Shown: positions 44,408 through 53,422 of the stretch, in pieces | Numbering within the stretch: the first letter of the stretch is position 1 | Layout: each line of letters opens with the position of its first letter | Sequence record: OQ561750 | DNA: 64,000 nt | Source: Escherichia phage LHE83 | Direction: 5' to 3' (one strand) | Position numbers and translations under genes: made by a program | The notes under the pieces: generated by a model | Seen by the model: the letters and a program-made list of their open reading frames with translations, nothing else | Told to the model about the DNA's origin: nothing | Databases searched by the model: none

Positions 44408-44727
44408 TTCGTTGGCTTAAGAATTTTTTCAAGACCAAACCTGGTGAAGGGGTGGTTCCTATCTCAGGTCTGAAGGAATATGTTTATGTGGGCGATGGTA
44501 TGATGGAAGAAGTTATCCGTCAACCTGAAAAAGCCGGTAATGTAGGCCCGGGTGCCCTTCCTTTGAATTCTAAAAAGTTTAAAGAGCATCTAGAAGCTCG
44601 TCGCACAAGCCATATTGATACTACTCCTATTATGGTTGCGGCTGCTGTCAGTTCTTGGACTGGTGATTCTTCTTATTCGTCTTATGACTCAGGAAGCTGT
44701 GACTCATCGTCCGGCTCGTGTGATTAA
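44404..44727 (+). CDS. hypothetical protein with Ser/Cys-rich C-terminal tail
   Basis: ORF track; ATGA overlap. Confidence 0.5.
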   Translation: MIRWLKNFFKTKPGEGVVPISGLKEYVYVGDGMMEEVIRQPEKAGNVGPGALPLNSKKFKEHLEARRTSHIDTTPIMVAAAVSSWTGDSSYSSYDSGSCDSSSGSCD

Positions 44728-44927
44728 TGAAACCTTTATCATGGCTTAAAGATTGGCTGGACCGTCCTGGTGATTATCTTGATGACGGGTGGTTGGACCA
44801 AGCTAATGCAGAAATGAAACGCGAGTCCGAAGAATGGATTCTTAAAGGTATCCGTGAAGAACGCGAAAAGAAATTAGAACGCGAAGCTCTTAGAATTATG
44901 CGTGACATCTATGGGGATAAATCATGA
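44727..44927 (+). CDS. hypothetical protein
   Basis: ORF track; TAATG coupling. Confidence 0.5.
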   Translation: MKPLSWLKDWLDRPGDYLDDGWLDQANAEMKRESEEWILKGIREEREKKLEREALRIMRDIYGDKS

Positions 44928-45091
44928 CTACTGAAGAGGCCGAAAAACAAGCTAAAGAGGCACTGGATTTGCTTCTTAAAATTGGTAGTAAAATGATGAA
45001 AGAAAACGAGAAATACATCCAAGAAAATAAAATTCCGGATGGTCCTTTAGTAGGTAAACTAAGAAGAGGAAATCATAATGAAAGTTTATGA
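44924..45091 (+). CDS. hypothetical small protein (55 aa)
   Basis: Read by eye; ATGA overlap with the upstream stop. Confidence 0.35.
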   Translation: MTTEEAEKQAKEALDLLLKIGSKMMKENEKYIQENKIPDGPLVGKLRRGNHNESL

Positions 45092-45566
45092 ACTAGAATT
45101 CCATGTACGTGATTCATCTGGACAGACACGTCCTTATGATGCTACAGTGTGTCTTATCTTTGTCGACAATGGTACGAATTCTATAACCCAGTTAGAAACA
45201 CGATTAAAAGATATTAAGCTTCCAGAAAATATTATGATGAAGGCTTACCATAACAAAAATGTTGATGTTGCTGAAGATTGTCCTTTTAGCCTGGCTGAAG
45301 CATTACATATCAAGGGTTATCGCCATCCGGACCCGTATGGCGAAGGAACAATGGACATTTTCTATAAAGATACCGATAGAATGTCCAACGAACGTCTTAA
45401 AGGTCGTACTTATCTTATTTCCGCTACCGAAGACCTTATTGAAGTTGAACGTCAGATTTGGAAGCACTTTGATATTGGATTGCGCTTTACCATGACTGAA
45501 GACGCTATTCGTGATGCTAAGGTACGAGCTCGTATGTACGAGTACGGTCCTATCGGTGGTTACTAA
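45078..45566 (+). CDS. hypothetical protein (Mrh-like by position)
   Basis: ORF track; 162 aa, between soc and the ADP-ribosyltransferase pair as T4 mrh; sequence not independently recognised. Confidence 0.5.
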   Translation: MKVYELEFHVRDSSGQTRPYDATVCLIFVDNGTNSITQLETRLKDIKLPENIMMKAYHNKNVDVAEDCPFSLAEALHIKGYRHPDPYGEGTMDIFYKDTDRMSNERLKGRTYLISATEDLIEVERQIWKHFDIGLRFTMTEDAIRDAKVRARMYEYGPIGGY

Positions 45567-45754
45567 TGGACTTATTTGATATGTTTGTCATTCCGGACCC
45601 TGAGCCTGAAACAACTCAGGAGCCGCCTGTTGACCTTGTCAACGAACTTGATATGATTATACAGAAGCATGGTTTTAAGTTGCCTAAAGATGTTCTTAGT
45701 GACCTAGCTTCTTATTACTTAGACCCTCCACCCTGGGCTCCTTGGGTAAAATAA
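45566..45754 (+). CDS. hypothetical Pro-rich acidic protein
   Basis: ORF track. Confidence 0.5.
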   Translation: MDLFDMFVIPDPEPETTQEPPVDLVNELDMIIQKHGFKLPKDVLSDLASYYLDPPPWAPWVK

Positions 45755-45809
45755 AGTTTTACACCTCCTCCCTTCATGTTATAATGACCTCTAAATCACT
45801 GGAGGTCAT

Positions 45810-46379
45810 ATGAACATCGAACAAAAATGTCTTTATCAAGACCGAATCAATTCCAAATTCTCAAAACACGAACAGAATCTTTTAGAAAAATGTCTAGATG
45901 CTAAAAAGGACCCTAACTTCCATTACGACCTTGATAAGCTAGTTCGTAAGCATGTTACTTCAGCGGTTCCGGTAGAGCTTTATCGTGGGATTACCGCTAT
46001 GGAACTTGAGCAACTTGAAGTTCTTTCTGTTGGGTGCCAGTGGTCTCCTGGCCGGGTTACTTCTTTTAGTACACAATACTCACAGGCTCGTCAGTTCGCA
46101 GGGGCATGGGAATATGGAACCAGAACCATTTTAAGTCTCAGGAATGCACCGTTCATTTTCGACTACTATAACCATGCTATCGACCTTGTTCTTGCAGGGA
46201 ATGTAGATGAGCTTGAAATAGATGAAACCCGTATAGACCTCTACGATATGGTCGAAACTGAATGTGAGTTCATGGTCTCCAGCCAATCACGATTTGAGAT
46301 TGTGGAAATCGAAACTATCAAAAGGGACCCGTACGAAATCGAGTACAAAACAATTCATTTAAAAATGTTGGATTTTTAG
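45810..46379 (+). CDS. ModA/ModB-family ADP-ribosyltransferase
   Basis: R-S-E signature: YRG, SFS(T), acidic catalytic segment; syntenic with T4 modA/modB. Confidence 0.6.
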   Translation: MNIEQKCLYQDRINSKFSKHEQNLLEKCLDAKKDPNFHYDLDKLVRKHVTSAVPVELYRGITAMELEQLEVLSVGCQWSPGRVTSFSTQYSQARQFAGAWEYGTRTILSLRNAPFIFDYYNHAIDLVLAGNVDELEIDETRIDLYDMVETECEFMVSSQSRFEIVEIETIKRDPYEIEYKTIHLKMLDF

Positions 46380-46410
46380 TTTACAGGCAAGGAAGCTTGT
46401 GGTACTATCT
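46379..46410 (+). promoter_or_regulatory. early promoter cassette
   Basis: GTTTAC...GTGGTACTATCTTTCTATCAACT. Confidence 0.5.
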
Positions 46411-46433
46411 TTCTATCAACTGAGGAGAATAAT

Positions 46434-47048
46434 ATGTTATATCCAAGCCATAAATTAGCAGAATTTATCAACAACGCCAAATGCGATGATTTCCGTGAGA
46501 ATACTCAGATAGAAATTGATGAGGTGTATTCTGATTTAGAACAGAGCACGCTCTGGCAGTGTATGGAAAATAAACCAGATACTATCCAGGAAACTCTGAA
46601 CAAAATTATTCGTAAGAACCTGACTTCTGCAGTGCCTGATAAGTTGTATCGCGGAATTTCTAAGAAGACTATGGCATATCTTGAATCTACGATGTGCGTA
46701 GGTGCTGTAATTGAATTCGACCGTGTGATGAGCTTCTCAAAAGATTTCAATGTAGCTCGTAACTTCGCATCTTATAACTTCTACGGCACATTTAATATCT
46801 TTTGTATTAATGATGCACCATTTGTGTACAATTATCAGGAAGAAATCTTTAAAATGTTATGTGCCGCGCCCCCTGAAGAGTTCCCAGGTGCATTTCCTGA
46901 ATCTACCCGTGTAGCAAACTTACAATTAATCAATGATGAAGATGAGATGATGTTCCCTGCGGGAACTACGCTGAGCGTAGACTCTATTGAGAGAAATCCT
47001 AAATGGAATAATTACACCATTTGGAATCTTTCCGTTCTTTCTTACTGA
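46434..47048 (+). CDS. ModA/ModB-family ADP-ribosyltransferase (paralog)
   Basis: YRG, SFSK and EDEMMF (E-x-E-like) motifs; paralog of 45810. Confidence 0.6.
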   Translation: MLYPSHKLAEFINNAKCDDFRENTQIEIDEVYSDLEQSTLWQCMENKPDTIQETLNKIIRKNLTSAVPDKLYRGISKKTMAYLESTMCVGAVIEFDRVMSFSKDFNVARNFASYNFYGTFNIFCINDAPFVYNYQEEIFKMLCAAPPEEFPGAFPESTRVANLQLINDEDEMMFPAGTTLSVDSIERNPKWNNYTIWNLSVLSY

Positions 47049-47116
47049 ACCACCCGGTTTAATTGAAAGGCAAAGTCCTTGATTCATTATACCGTCGAAA
47101 ATTTAAAGCAAAAAAG

Positions 47117-47148
47117 TGTTTACTTTACCGAGCAACATGATACTATAG
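47117..47148 (+). promoter_or_regulatory. early promoter cassette
   Basis: GTTTAC...CATGATACTATAGACCTATCAGCT. Confidence 0.55.
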
Positions 47149-47186
47149 ACCTATCAGCTAATCGTCCGTAAGATGAGAAAAATATT

Positions 47187-47936
47187 ATGCCTACTATTAA
47201 AACTAACGATGAATTTGAGTTAAAGGTTTACAAACGTCGCGAACACACTAAAGCCTCTGCCAAAAAACGTGGTAAGGACTTTAACCTGTCTAGTAAGTAC
47301 GTTCGTAGACTTCTTGAACAAAAAGTGTGTGCATATTCAGGCGAGCGCTTTGATGAGAATTCAGATAAAGATAAGATTTCGTTTGAACGCTTTAACAACG
47401 ATATAGGTTATATCGAAGGTAATGTAATCCCGGTTAAAGTTAAGTACAACGGGTTGCGAGCTGATTTGTCTTTAGATGAATTGAAACGTGCACAGACTCG
47501 TTTAGCGTCCCGTATTTCAGGTGGTTCTAAAATGCCTAATAGTTTTAAAGTTACCCCAGATAATTATTATAAAATTCGTAAAATAGTTAAAAATATTAAA
47601 GATACCCAAAGAGGTCTTAAAAAGCGTGAAAAACGTCTTAAGGACCTTATTAAATCAGGAGCCACTGATAATACCCCTTCTGTCATCGCGGTTAAGGCCC
47701 GTATCCATGGTTCTAACGCTTCAATAGGTACTATGGAAAAGGGTCTTAAATCTTTAATTGGTGGGCCTGATTGGCGTGTCAAGTTTAAATTGTCTGAAGC
47801 AGAAACGCGTTACGATATGTATGATAAAATTATTCAAGGTCTGGAGCGTTTAGAACACCTTTCTTTTATTGACAAAATGAAGTTGAAAAAAGGTCTTCCG
47901 CTGAATGCTTCAATTTTTTCACTGATTAGAGGTTAA
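47187..47936 (+). CDS. srd: Srd-like protein (by position and size)
   Basis: 249 aa, basic; sits between the ADP-ribosyltransferases and dda as T4 srd. Confidence 0.5.
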   Translation: MPTIKTNDEFELKVYKRREHTKASAKKRGKDFNLSSKYVRRLLEQKVCAYSGERFDENSDKDKISFERFNNDIGYIEGNVIPVKVKYNGLRADLSLDELKRAQTRLASRISGGSKMPNSFKVTPDNYYKIRKIVKNIKDTQRGLKKREKRLKDLIKSGATDNTPSVIAVKARIHGSNASIGTMEKGLKSLIGGPDWRVKFKLSEAETRYDMYDKIIQGLERLEHLSFIDKMKLKKGLPLNASIFSLIRG

Positions 47937-47940
47937 CGTG

Positions 47941-48237
47941 ATGTACTATGCATACGTATTAGTTCACAAGGACAAAGACGGGTACGAAATTCCATTAGAA
48001 GAGGCCGGTGAAGTGACTTTGTATTCGACAAAGATTGGAGCCGATACCGCTCTATCCGTTTATGAAATGTCAACAAAAAGATATCTTCGGCTTGGACGCC
48101 TTGAAACGGTGTGCACACCTAGAAAATGGTGGTTTGATAAGTGGGAAACTAAAACAGTATATCCTACCGAAGAACGAGCCCGAGAACTTAAATTAGTTTT
48201 AGACACTTTATATGTTAAGCGAGTAAAATTGGCATGA
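47941..48237 (+). CDS. hypothetical protein
   Basis: ATG after AGAGG Shine-Dalgarno (track start 47938 is GTG). Confidence 0.5.
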   Translation: MYYAYVLVHKDKDGYEIPLEEAGEVTLYSTKIGADTALSVYEMSTKRYLRLGRLETVCTPRKWWFDKWETKTVYPTEERARELKLVLDTLYVKRVKLA

Positions 48238-49565
48238 TTACATTTGAAGACTTGAACAACGGCCAGAGGACGGCCTTTAAAGAAATCATTGAAGCTATTA
48301 AACGACGTAAGGGTGAATGGATTACATTGAACGGTCCTGCTGGTACAGGTAAAACAACCCTTACCAAATTTATTCTTGACCATCTAGTCAAGAATGGTGA
48401 ACTCGGAGTTATTTTGACTGCGCCTACTCATGCGGCCAAAAAGGTATTGTCGAAACTCGCAGGTCAAGAAGCATCAACAATTCATAGAATTCTAAAAATT
48501 AACCCTACTACGTACGAAGACCAGGACATCTTTGAACAACGCGAAGCTCCTGACTTGAGCAAATGTAATGTTCTAGTTGTTGACGAAGGCTCGATGATTG
48601 ACGGTAAGCTGTTTAAGATTATTGAATCCTCCGTGCCACCATGGTGTACTGTATTAGGGATTGGCGACAGAGCTCAGCTACAGCCAGTGGAACCTGGAAG
48701 TGATGGTAGCCCTCAGTTGTCTCCATTCTTTACACATCCAAAAATCAAACAATTACATTTGACTGAAGTGATGCGTAGTAATGCTCCTATCATTGAGGTG
48801 GCTACTGAAATCCGTAATGGTGGGTGGTTTAGAGATTGTGTATTCGAAGGACATGGTGTCCATGGTTTTAAATCCCAAACAGCATTAAAAGATTTTATGA
48901 TGAATTATTTTTCCATTGTAAAAGATGCTGATGCCCTGTTTGAGAATAGGATGTTTGCTTATACCAATAAATCGGTTGAAAAGCTGAATAGCATTATTCG
49001 TAAAAAGCTTTATGAAACCGATGCACCTTATATCAAGGGCGAAATCCTAGTGATGCAAGAGCCTTTTATGAAGGAACTTGAATACGATGGTAAGAAATTC
49101 TCTGAAACCATTTTTAATAACGGACAAATGGTTCGTATTCTGGATGTGAACCATACCTCGTTGTTTTTGTCTGCTAAGGATGTAGGCACTCGTCAAATGA
49201 TTAATTACTGGGACCTGCAAGTAGAATCTGTTGATGAAGACGACGAGTACTATGTAGAGCATTTAAAGGTTATCGATGAGGCTTCAGTTGAGAAGTTCCA
49301 TTATTTCTTGGCTAAGGTTGCTACAGAGTACAAAGCCATGCGTGGTAGTGGTAAGAAACCTAAGTGGGCTGATTTCTGGAAAGCCAAGCGAATGTTCAGT
49401 AAGGTTCGAGCTCTTCCTGTGAGCACTGTTCATAAATCCCAAGGACTTACAGTCCAAAACAGTTTCATCTATACTCCATGCATGCATATGGCTGATGCGA
49501 ATTTAGCTTCACAGCTGGCTTATGTTAGTATTACTCGTGCTCGTACTGACGCCTACTACGTTTGA
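48234..49565 (+). CDS. dda: Dda DNA helicase (SF1B)
   Basis: 443 aa; Walker A GPAGTGKTT, VDEGSM; C-terminal VSITRAR; syntenic. Confidence 0.9.
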   Translation: MITFEDLNNGQRTAFKEIIEAIKRRKGEWITLNGPAGTGKTTLTKFILDHLVKNGELGVILTAPTHAAKKVLSKLAGQEASTIHRILKINPTTYEDQDIFEQREAPDLSKCNVLVVDEGSMIDGKLFKIIESSVPPWCTVLGIGDRAQLQPVEPGSDGSPQLSPFFTHPKIKQLHLTEVMRSNAPIIEVATEIRNGGWFRDCVFEGHGVHGFKSQTALKDFMMNYFSIVKDADALFENRMFAYTNKSVEKLNSIIRKKLYETDAPYIKGEILVMQEPFMKELEYDGKKFSETIFNNGQMVRILDVNHTSLFLSAKDVGTRQMINYWDLQVESVDEDDEYYVEHLKVIDEASVEKFHYFLAKVATEYKAMRGSGKKPKWADFWKAKRMFSKVRALPVSTVHKSQGLTVQNSFIYTPCMHMADANLASQLAYVSITRARTDAYYV

Positions 49566-49572
49566 GGAAAAT

Positions 49573-49812
49573 ATGATTAAAGTAACTAAAGACCAATTTT
49601 ATAAGTTGAAATTCGAAACCGAACATATTATTAAAGTCAACCAAAATAATATCAGCATTAGGCAAAAGGCCCATACTGTCCTGAACTCTCTTAAAGAGAT
49701 TGAAAGTGATTTTATTGCAGTACAAAATCTGATGGACGACAATATCTCTTCGGTTTATATTGAAGACTACACCGTTGGCCAAATCCGAGACCTTATGAGG
49801 TACGTTAAATGA
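49573..49812 (+). CDS. hypothetical protein
   Basis: Internal ATG after GAGGAAAAT Shine-Dalgarno of track ORF 49522. Confidence 0.45.
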   Translation: MIKVTKDQFYKLKFETEHIIKVNQNNISIRQKAHTVLNSLKEIESDFIAVQNLMDDNISSVYIEDYTVGQIRDLMRYVK

Positions 49813-50483
49813 AAGATATAATTATTGACTTTGAAACCTTTGCCACTACTCAAAATGCAGCGGTTATCGACCTAGCCGTAATTGCTTACGACCCTAATCC
49901 AGAGGTTGTAGAAACGTTTGAAGAGCTTACTAAACGAGGCCTTCGTATTAAATTTGACCTCGCTTCTCAACGTGATAAACGACTGTTTTCTAAAAGCACG
50001 TTGCAGTGGTGGAAAGAGCAAGGGCCTGAAGCGCGTAAAAACCTGGCTCCATCTGAAATTGATGTGTCCACTTCTATTGGTCTCGGTAATTTCCTGGAAT
50101 ACTGTCGTAAAAACGAAGTAGACCAATGGAAATCCCAGATGTGGTGTCGTGGAATGTCCTTTGACTTTCCTATCTTAGTCGACCTTATTCGTGATGCTTA
50201 TCGTTCTGAAGGGGTTCCTGAGAATGAAATCGATACCAGTAAATTAGAACCGGTTAAATTCTGGAACCAACGTGACATCCGTACAGCTATTGAAGCATAT
50301 TCACTAACTCGTGGATTGAGCATGTGTCCTCTGCCTAACGGAACATTGAACGGCTTTGTTGCTCATGACTCCATCCATGACTGTGCTAAGGATATCTTGA
50401 TGCTGAAATATGCCCAACGTTATGCCTTAGGCCTGGAAGATGTCCCTGAGAATCCGGACCCATTAAGTATAAAAAATCGATAA
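49809..50483 (+). CDS. dexA: exonuclease A (DexA)
   Basis: 224 aa; N-terminal IIDFETF DEDD-type exonuclease motif; syntenic. Confidence 0.8.
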   Translation: MKDIIIDFETFATTQNAAVIDLAVIAYDPNPEVVETFEELTKRGLRIKFDLASQRDKRLFSKSTLQWWKEQGPEARKNLAPSEIDVSTSIGLGNFLEYCRKNEVDQWKSQMWCRGMSFDFPILVDLIRDAYRSEGVPENEIDTSKLEPVKFWNQRDIRTAIEAYSLTRGLSMCPLPNGTLNGFVAHDSIHDCAKDILMLKYAQRYALGLEDVPENPDPLSIKNR

Positions 50484-50487
50484 AAGT

Positions 50488-50520
50488 GTTTACTTCTCCT
50501 CATGACATGTTATTATCTAC
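50488..50520 (+). promoter_or_regulatory. early promoter cassette
   Basis: GTTTAC...TGTTATTATCTACCCTATCAAC; CTCCTCATG/CATGAGGAG inverted repeat includes the Shine-Dalgarno. Confidence 0.55.
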
Positions 50521-50543
50521 CCTATCAACATGAGGAGAACAAA

Positions 50544-51053
50544 ATGAAAATTTATCGAGTCGAGTCATCGTTCAGTATCTTAGATAACAGCGATGTTATA
50601 GCAATCACTCACCAACAGTGCCGCCAATTAACACCGTATAGAGGCTCGTTTGATGAATGGAGCGAAGGTTGGTTATTAGAAGTAGGTTTCGACAGACCCA
50701 ATTTTAGGCACCACCATACCAATAATAAAAATATTCCGCTACCAGGTCAAGACAAGTTGTTGGTGGAAAATTCTAATAAAAGCATTAGAACTAAGTGGAA
50801 CCAGCCTGATTATGAAGGCTGTGATGATTATATTCCAGGTTGGTTTGTTAATCTCTACCATTTTGCTTTTGCCAGTGAGTATGATATGATGCGCTGGTTC
50901 ACTCGTGAAGAGCGTGAAGAATTATCTTCTAAAGGATTCTATCTTGCCGTTTACGAAATCCCTGAAGATGAGGTTGTCATTGGTGGCCGCCAAGTAATGT
51001 TCCGCAAATCCCATGCTGAACTCGTAGATTTTATTGAATTGAGAACAATATGA
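50544..51053 (+). CDS. hypothetical protein
   Basis: ATG after GAGGAGAAC Shine-Dalgarno; track start 50502 lies inside the promoter. Confidence 0.5.
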   Translation: MKIYRVESSFSILDNSDVIAITHQQCRQLTPYRGSFDEWSEGWLLEVGFDRPNFRHHHTNNKNIPLPGQDKLLVENSNKSIRTKWNQPDYEGCDDYIPGWFVNLYHFAFASEYDMMRWFTREEREELSSKGFYLAVYEIPEDEVVIGGRQVMFRKSHAELVDFIELRTI

Positions 51054-51598
51054 AATTTAATTACAACCCTAAATACACCCCGAATCCGGCAGCTAAACTG
51101 ATTGATTTTGATGTTTTAAGCACTTATGTATGCCCTGTTAAACCACTGGAAATTAAGGAACCTGCTATGAATACTCAGACTATCGAAATCGGCAAAACCT
51201 ACAAACTGGTTGAACCTGAAATTAAAACTAAGGCCTTGATTTCCGGCCATAAAACCCTGACTGATGTTTTTGGTGAAGGCGAATTTATTGTTGAAGAATT
51301 TGCCAAAAGTGAGTGGTTCTCTAAAGCCTATATTCTCCACGGCCGTCGTTTAGACAATAACAAAATTGAGCAAACCCTGGTTTATGAAGATGAGTTCATC
51401 CTGTTCCAAGAAGTTGAAGAACAAGACCCTACCGACCTTCTAACTCGTGCTGTGTCTATCCGTCGTCCTTTTGATAATCCTATCTGTGGATGGGTAACAG
51501 ACCAGTGGGTTGAAGACGGTGTTGAGCTGCTGAACGTTGTACATGCTGGTGATTTTAGCGTAGTACCTCGTAGTGCAGTGGTTAATGTATTGAATTAG
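51050..51598 (+). CDS. hypothetical protein (tandem paralog A)
   Basis: ORF track; C-terminal TDQWVEDGVELLNVV shared with the next gene. Confidence 0.55.
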   Translation: MKFNYNPKYTPNPAAKLIDFDVLSTYVCPVKPLEIKEPAMNTQTIEIGKTYKLVEPEIKTKALISGHKTLTDVFGEGEFIVEEFAKSEWFSKAYILHGRRLDNNKIEQTLVYEDEFILFQEVEEQDPTDLLTRAVSIRRPFDNPICGWVTDQWVEDGVELLNVVHAGDFSVVPRSAVVNVLN

Positions 51599-51600
51599 TA

Positions 51601-51630
51601 GTTTACTTTATCGAGAGCCATGTTATAATG
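51601..51630 (+). promoter_or_regulatory. early promoter
   Basis: GTTTAC then 17 nt then TATAAT; GAGAGCCAT/ATGGCTCTC inverted repeat. Confidence 0.55.
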
Positions 51631-51671
51631 GCTCTCATGGAGAATAAACTTATTAACCAAGAGAGAAAATT

Positions 51672-52223
51672 ATGATTACTATCGGTGAAATTGTTCGTGT
51701 ATCCAAAGAATCTCGCTCAAAAGCCGCAGGTCGTTTTGTTGAAGTTGCAGGTATTCGTACTAATTTAGTAGGCGGAATTAAAGAAGTTAAAGTGCGTATT
51801 ATTCCTAAAAATGGCCATACCGAAACCGAATTTGCCTATGTGCATCCTAAATTCTTGGAATCGACTGAATTTACTGGACACATCGCTCCTGTAGTTGAAG
51901 AAGTTGAATCCCATGATGGGTATGTATGTGAAAGCAATGATATCCGTGGCGTAGTAGCTCAAGACGTTGAAACTATTGACCAATCTCATGTTGGTGTTGA
52001 TTTCAAATGGAAATTAGGTAAAGGTGTCTTTTTCGTTTCACCTAAACCGTTTGAATACAATTGCAAGTATGGCCCGACTTATGAAACCACTAGTATGTCC
52101 GGTTACATCACAGACCAATGGGTTGAAGAAGGTGTTAAGCTGTATAACATCGTGTTCCTTGGCACCTTTAAAGTAGTTCCTGAAAGTTTTATTGTTGAGT
52201 ACGCTGATATTCATTTTGCATAA
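51672..52223 (+). CDS. hypothetical protein (tandem paralog B)
   Basis: ORF track; C-terminal TDQWVEEGVKLYNIV. Confidence 0.55.
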   Translation: MITIGEIVRVSKESRSKAAGRFVEVAGIRTNLVGGIKEVKVRIIPKNGHTETEFAYVHPKFLESTEFTGHIAPVVEEVESHDGYVCESNDIRGVVAQDVETIDQSHVGVDFKWKLGKGVFFVSPKPFEYNCKYGPTYETTSMSGYITDQWVEEGVKLYNIVFLGTFKVVPESFIVEYADIHFA

Positions 52224-52295
52224 AGTTTAAAAACAGTATACACTATGGTAGGGTAGTGATACTATTACCCTATCAACAAATGAGAGGAAAATAAA

Positions 52296-52514
52296 ATGGC
52301 TAAAGTTACTGTGAACTCGACTCGTGAAGAATTTGAAGATGTTCTGTTCAACCCTGATTTAATCGTGGTTCAAAAGGAACATTCTGATACGTTTTCTCAT
52401 TTATCGTCGGTTTATGTATACGAAAACCAAGGTGACAAAAATCCTATCTATGCAGTGTTCCGTGAAATCACTGCTGAAGGCATTGACTACTGGAAGGAGA
52501 CTTATAATGTCTAA
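52296..52514 (+). CDS. hypothetical protein
   Basis: ORF track. Confidence 0.5.
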   Translation: MAKVTVNSTREEFEDVLFNPDLIVVQKEHSDTFSHLSSVYVYENQGDKNPIYAVFREITAEGIDYWKETYNV

Positions 52515-52911
52515 TGAAGCTAAATTTGAAGCCGGTAAATGGTACTATTTTAAAGATGAGGCGGCCGAAGCTGAATTCCGTCGTAGAGATATCAATAATA
52601 TTGTAGCCGATGTTATTATTGAAGGTGAAGGTTTTTCCCCGGTTAAAATTTCAAATGGATGTGTAATCAACTTCGACCTGGTTTACGGCGATAATAAAGA
52701 TATGGTTATATACGCTAGTGAGAGGAAATTTTTTACCGAAATGGTTGAAGTTGAGTGCGACGAAGAATTGGATGAAGACCGTGATTATGGCTACGATGAT
52801 AGTGATGATCTGTCCGAACTAAGTGATTTCCCTTTGACTAAAATCACTATCTCTAATAATTCTGAAGCCTGGTCAGTTTACCAGATGTTGAAAGCTCACT
52901 TTAAGGAATAA
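52507..52911 (+). CDS. hypothetical acidic protein
   Basis: Internal ATG after AGGAGA Shine-Dalgarno of track ORF 52414. Confidence 0.5.
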   Translation: MSNEAKFEAGKWYYFKDEAAEAEFRRRDINNIVADVIIEGEGFSPVKISNGCVINFDLVYGDNKDMVIYASERKFFTEMVEVECDEELDEDRDYGYDDSDDLSELSDFPLTKITISNNSEAWSVYQMLKAHFKE

Positions 52912-52912
52912 T

Positions 52913-53089
52913 ATGCCACTTTATGATTACAAATGCCAATCTGAAGACTGTGCAAAAGAATACGAAAAAATCAAGAAAATCTCTGAAAGAGATAATGATG
53001 TTTGTCCTGATTGCCATCGGCTGGCTGTTCGGTTAGTCTCGGCTCCTAAACATGTTAATGGCGGTTTTTACGACCTGCTGACTAAGTGA
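52913..53089 (+). CDS. FmdB-type zinc-ribbon protein (58 aa)
   Basis: Read by eye; MPLYDYKCQSEDC...CPDCH pattern; AAGGAA Shine-Dalgarno. Confidence 0.5.
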   Translation: MPLYDYKCQSEDCAKEYEKIKKISERDNDVCPDCHRLAVRLVSAPKHVNGGFYDLLTK

Positions 53090-53095
53090 GAAATT

Positions 53096-53356
53096 ATGAA
53101 ATATATTAATCGTTCTATTGCAGCTCTCGTATTAGCAGTTTCTTTGGTTGGATGTACTGATGCCGATAATGCTACCCGTGTATTGGATGCAAATGGCTAC
53201 GAACAAATCCAAATCACAGGATACAACCTATTTGGCTGCTCTGAAGATGATTTCCAACGTACAGGCTTTATTGCTGTGGGTCCGACAGGTAAAAGGGTTG
53301 AAGGAACTGTTTGTTCTGGATTATTCTTTAAAAAGTCGACCATTCGATTTGATTAA
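53096..53356 (+). CDS. hypothetical lipoprotein
   Basis: Signal peptide plus LVGC lipobox. Confidence 0.55.
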   Translation: MKYINRSIAALVLAVSLVGCTDADNATRVLDANGYEQIQITGYNLFGCSEDDFQRTGFIAVGPTGKRVEGTVCSGLFFKKSTIRFD

Positions 53357-53373
53357 GGGCTTCGGCCCTTTTA
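53355..53373 (+). terminator. rho-independent terminator
   Basis: GGGC-TTCG-GCCC followed by TTTTAT. Confidence 0.5.
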
Positions 53374-53422
53374 TGCTTTAAGTGAAATGGGATAATATTC
53401 TCCTACTACATGAGGAAATAAC

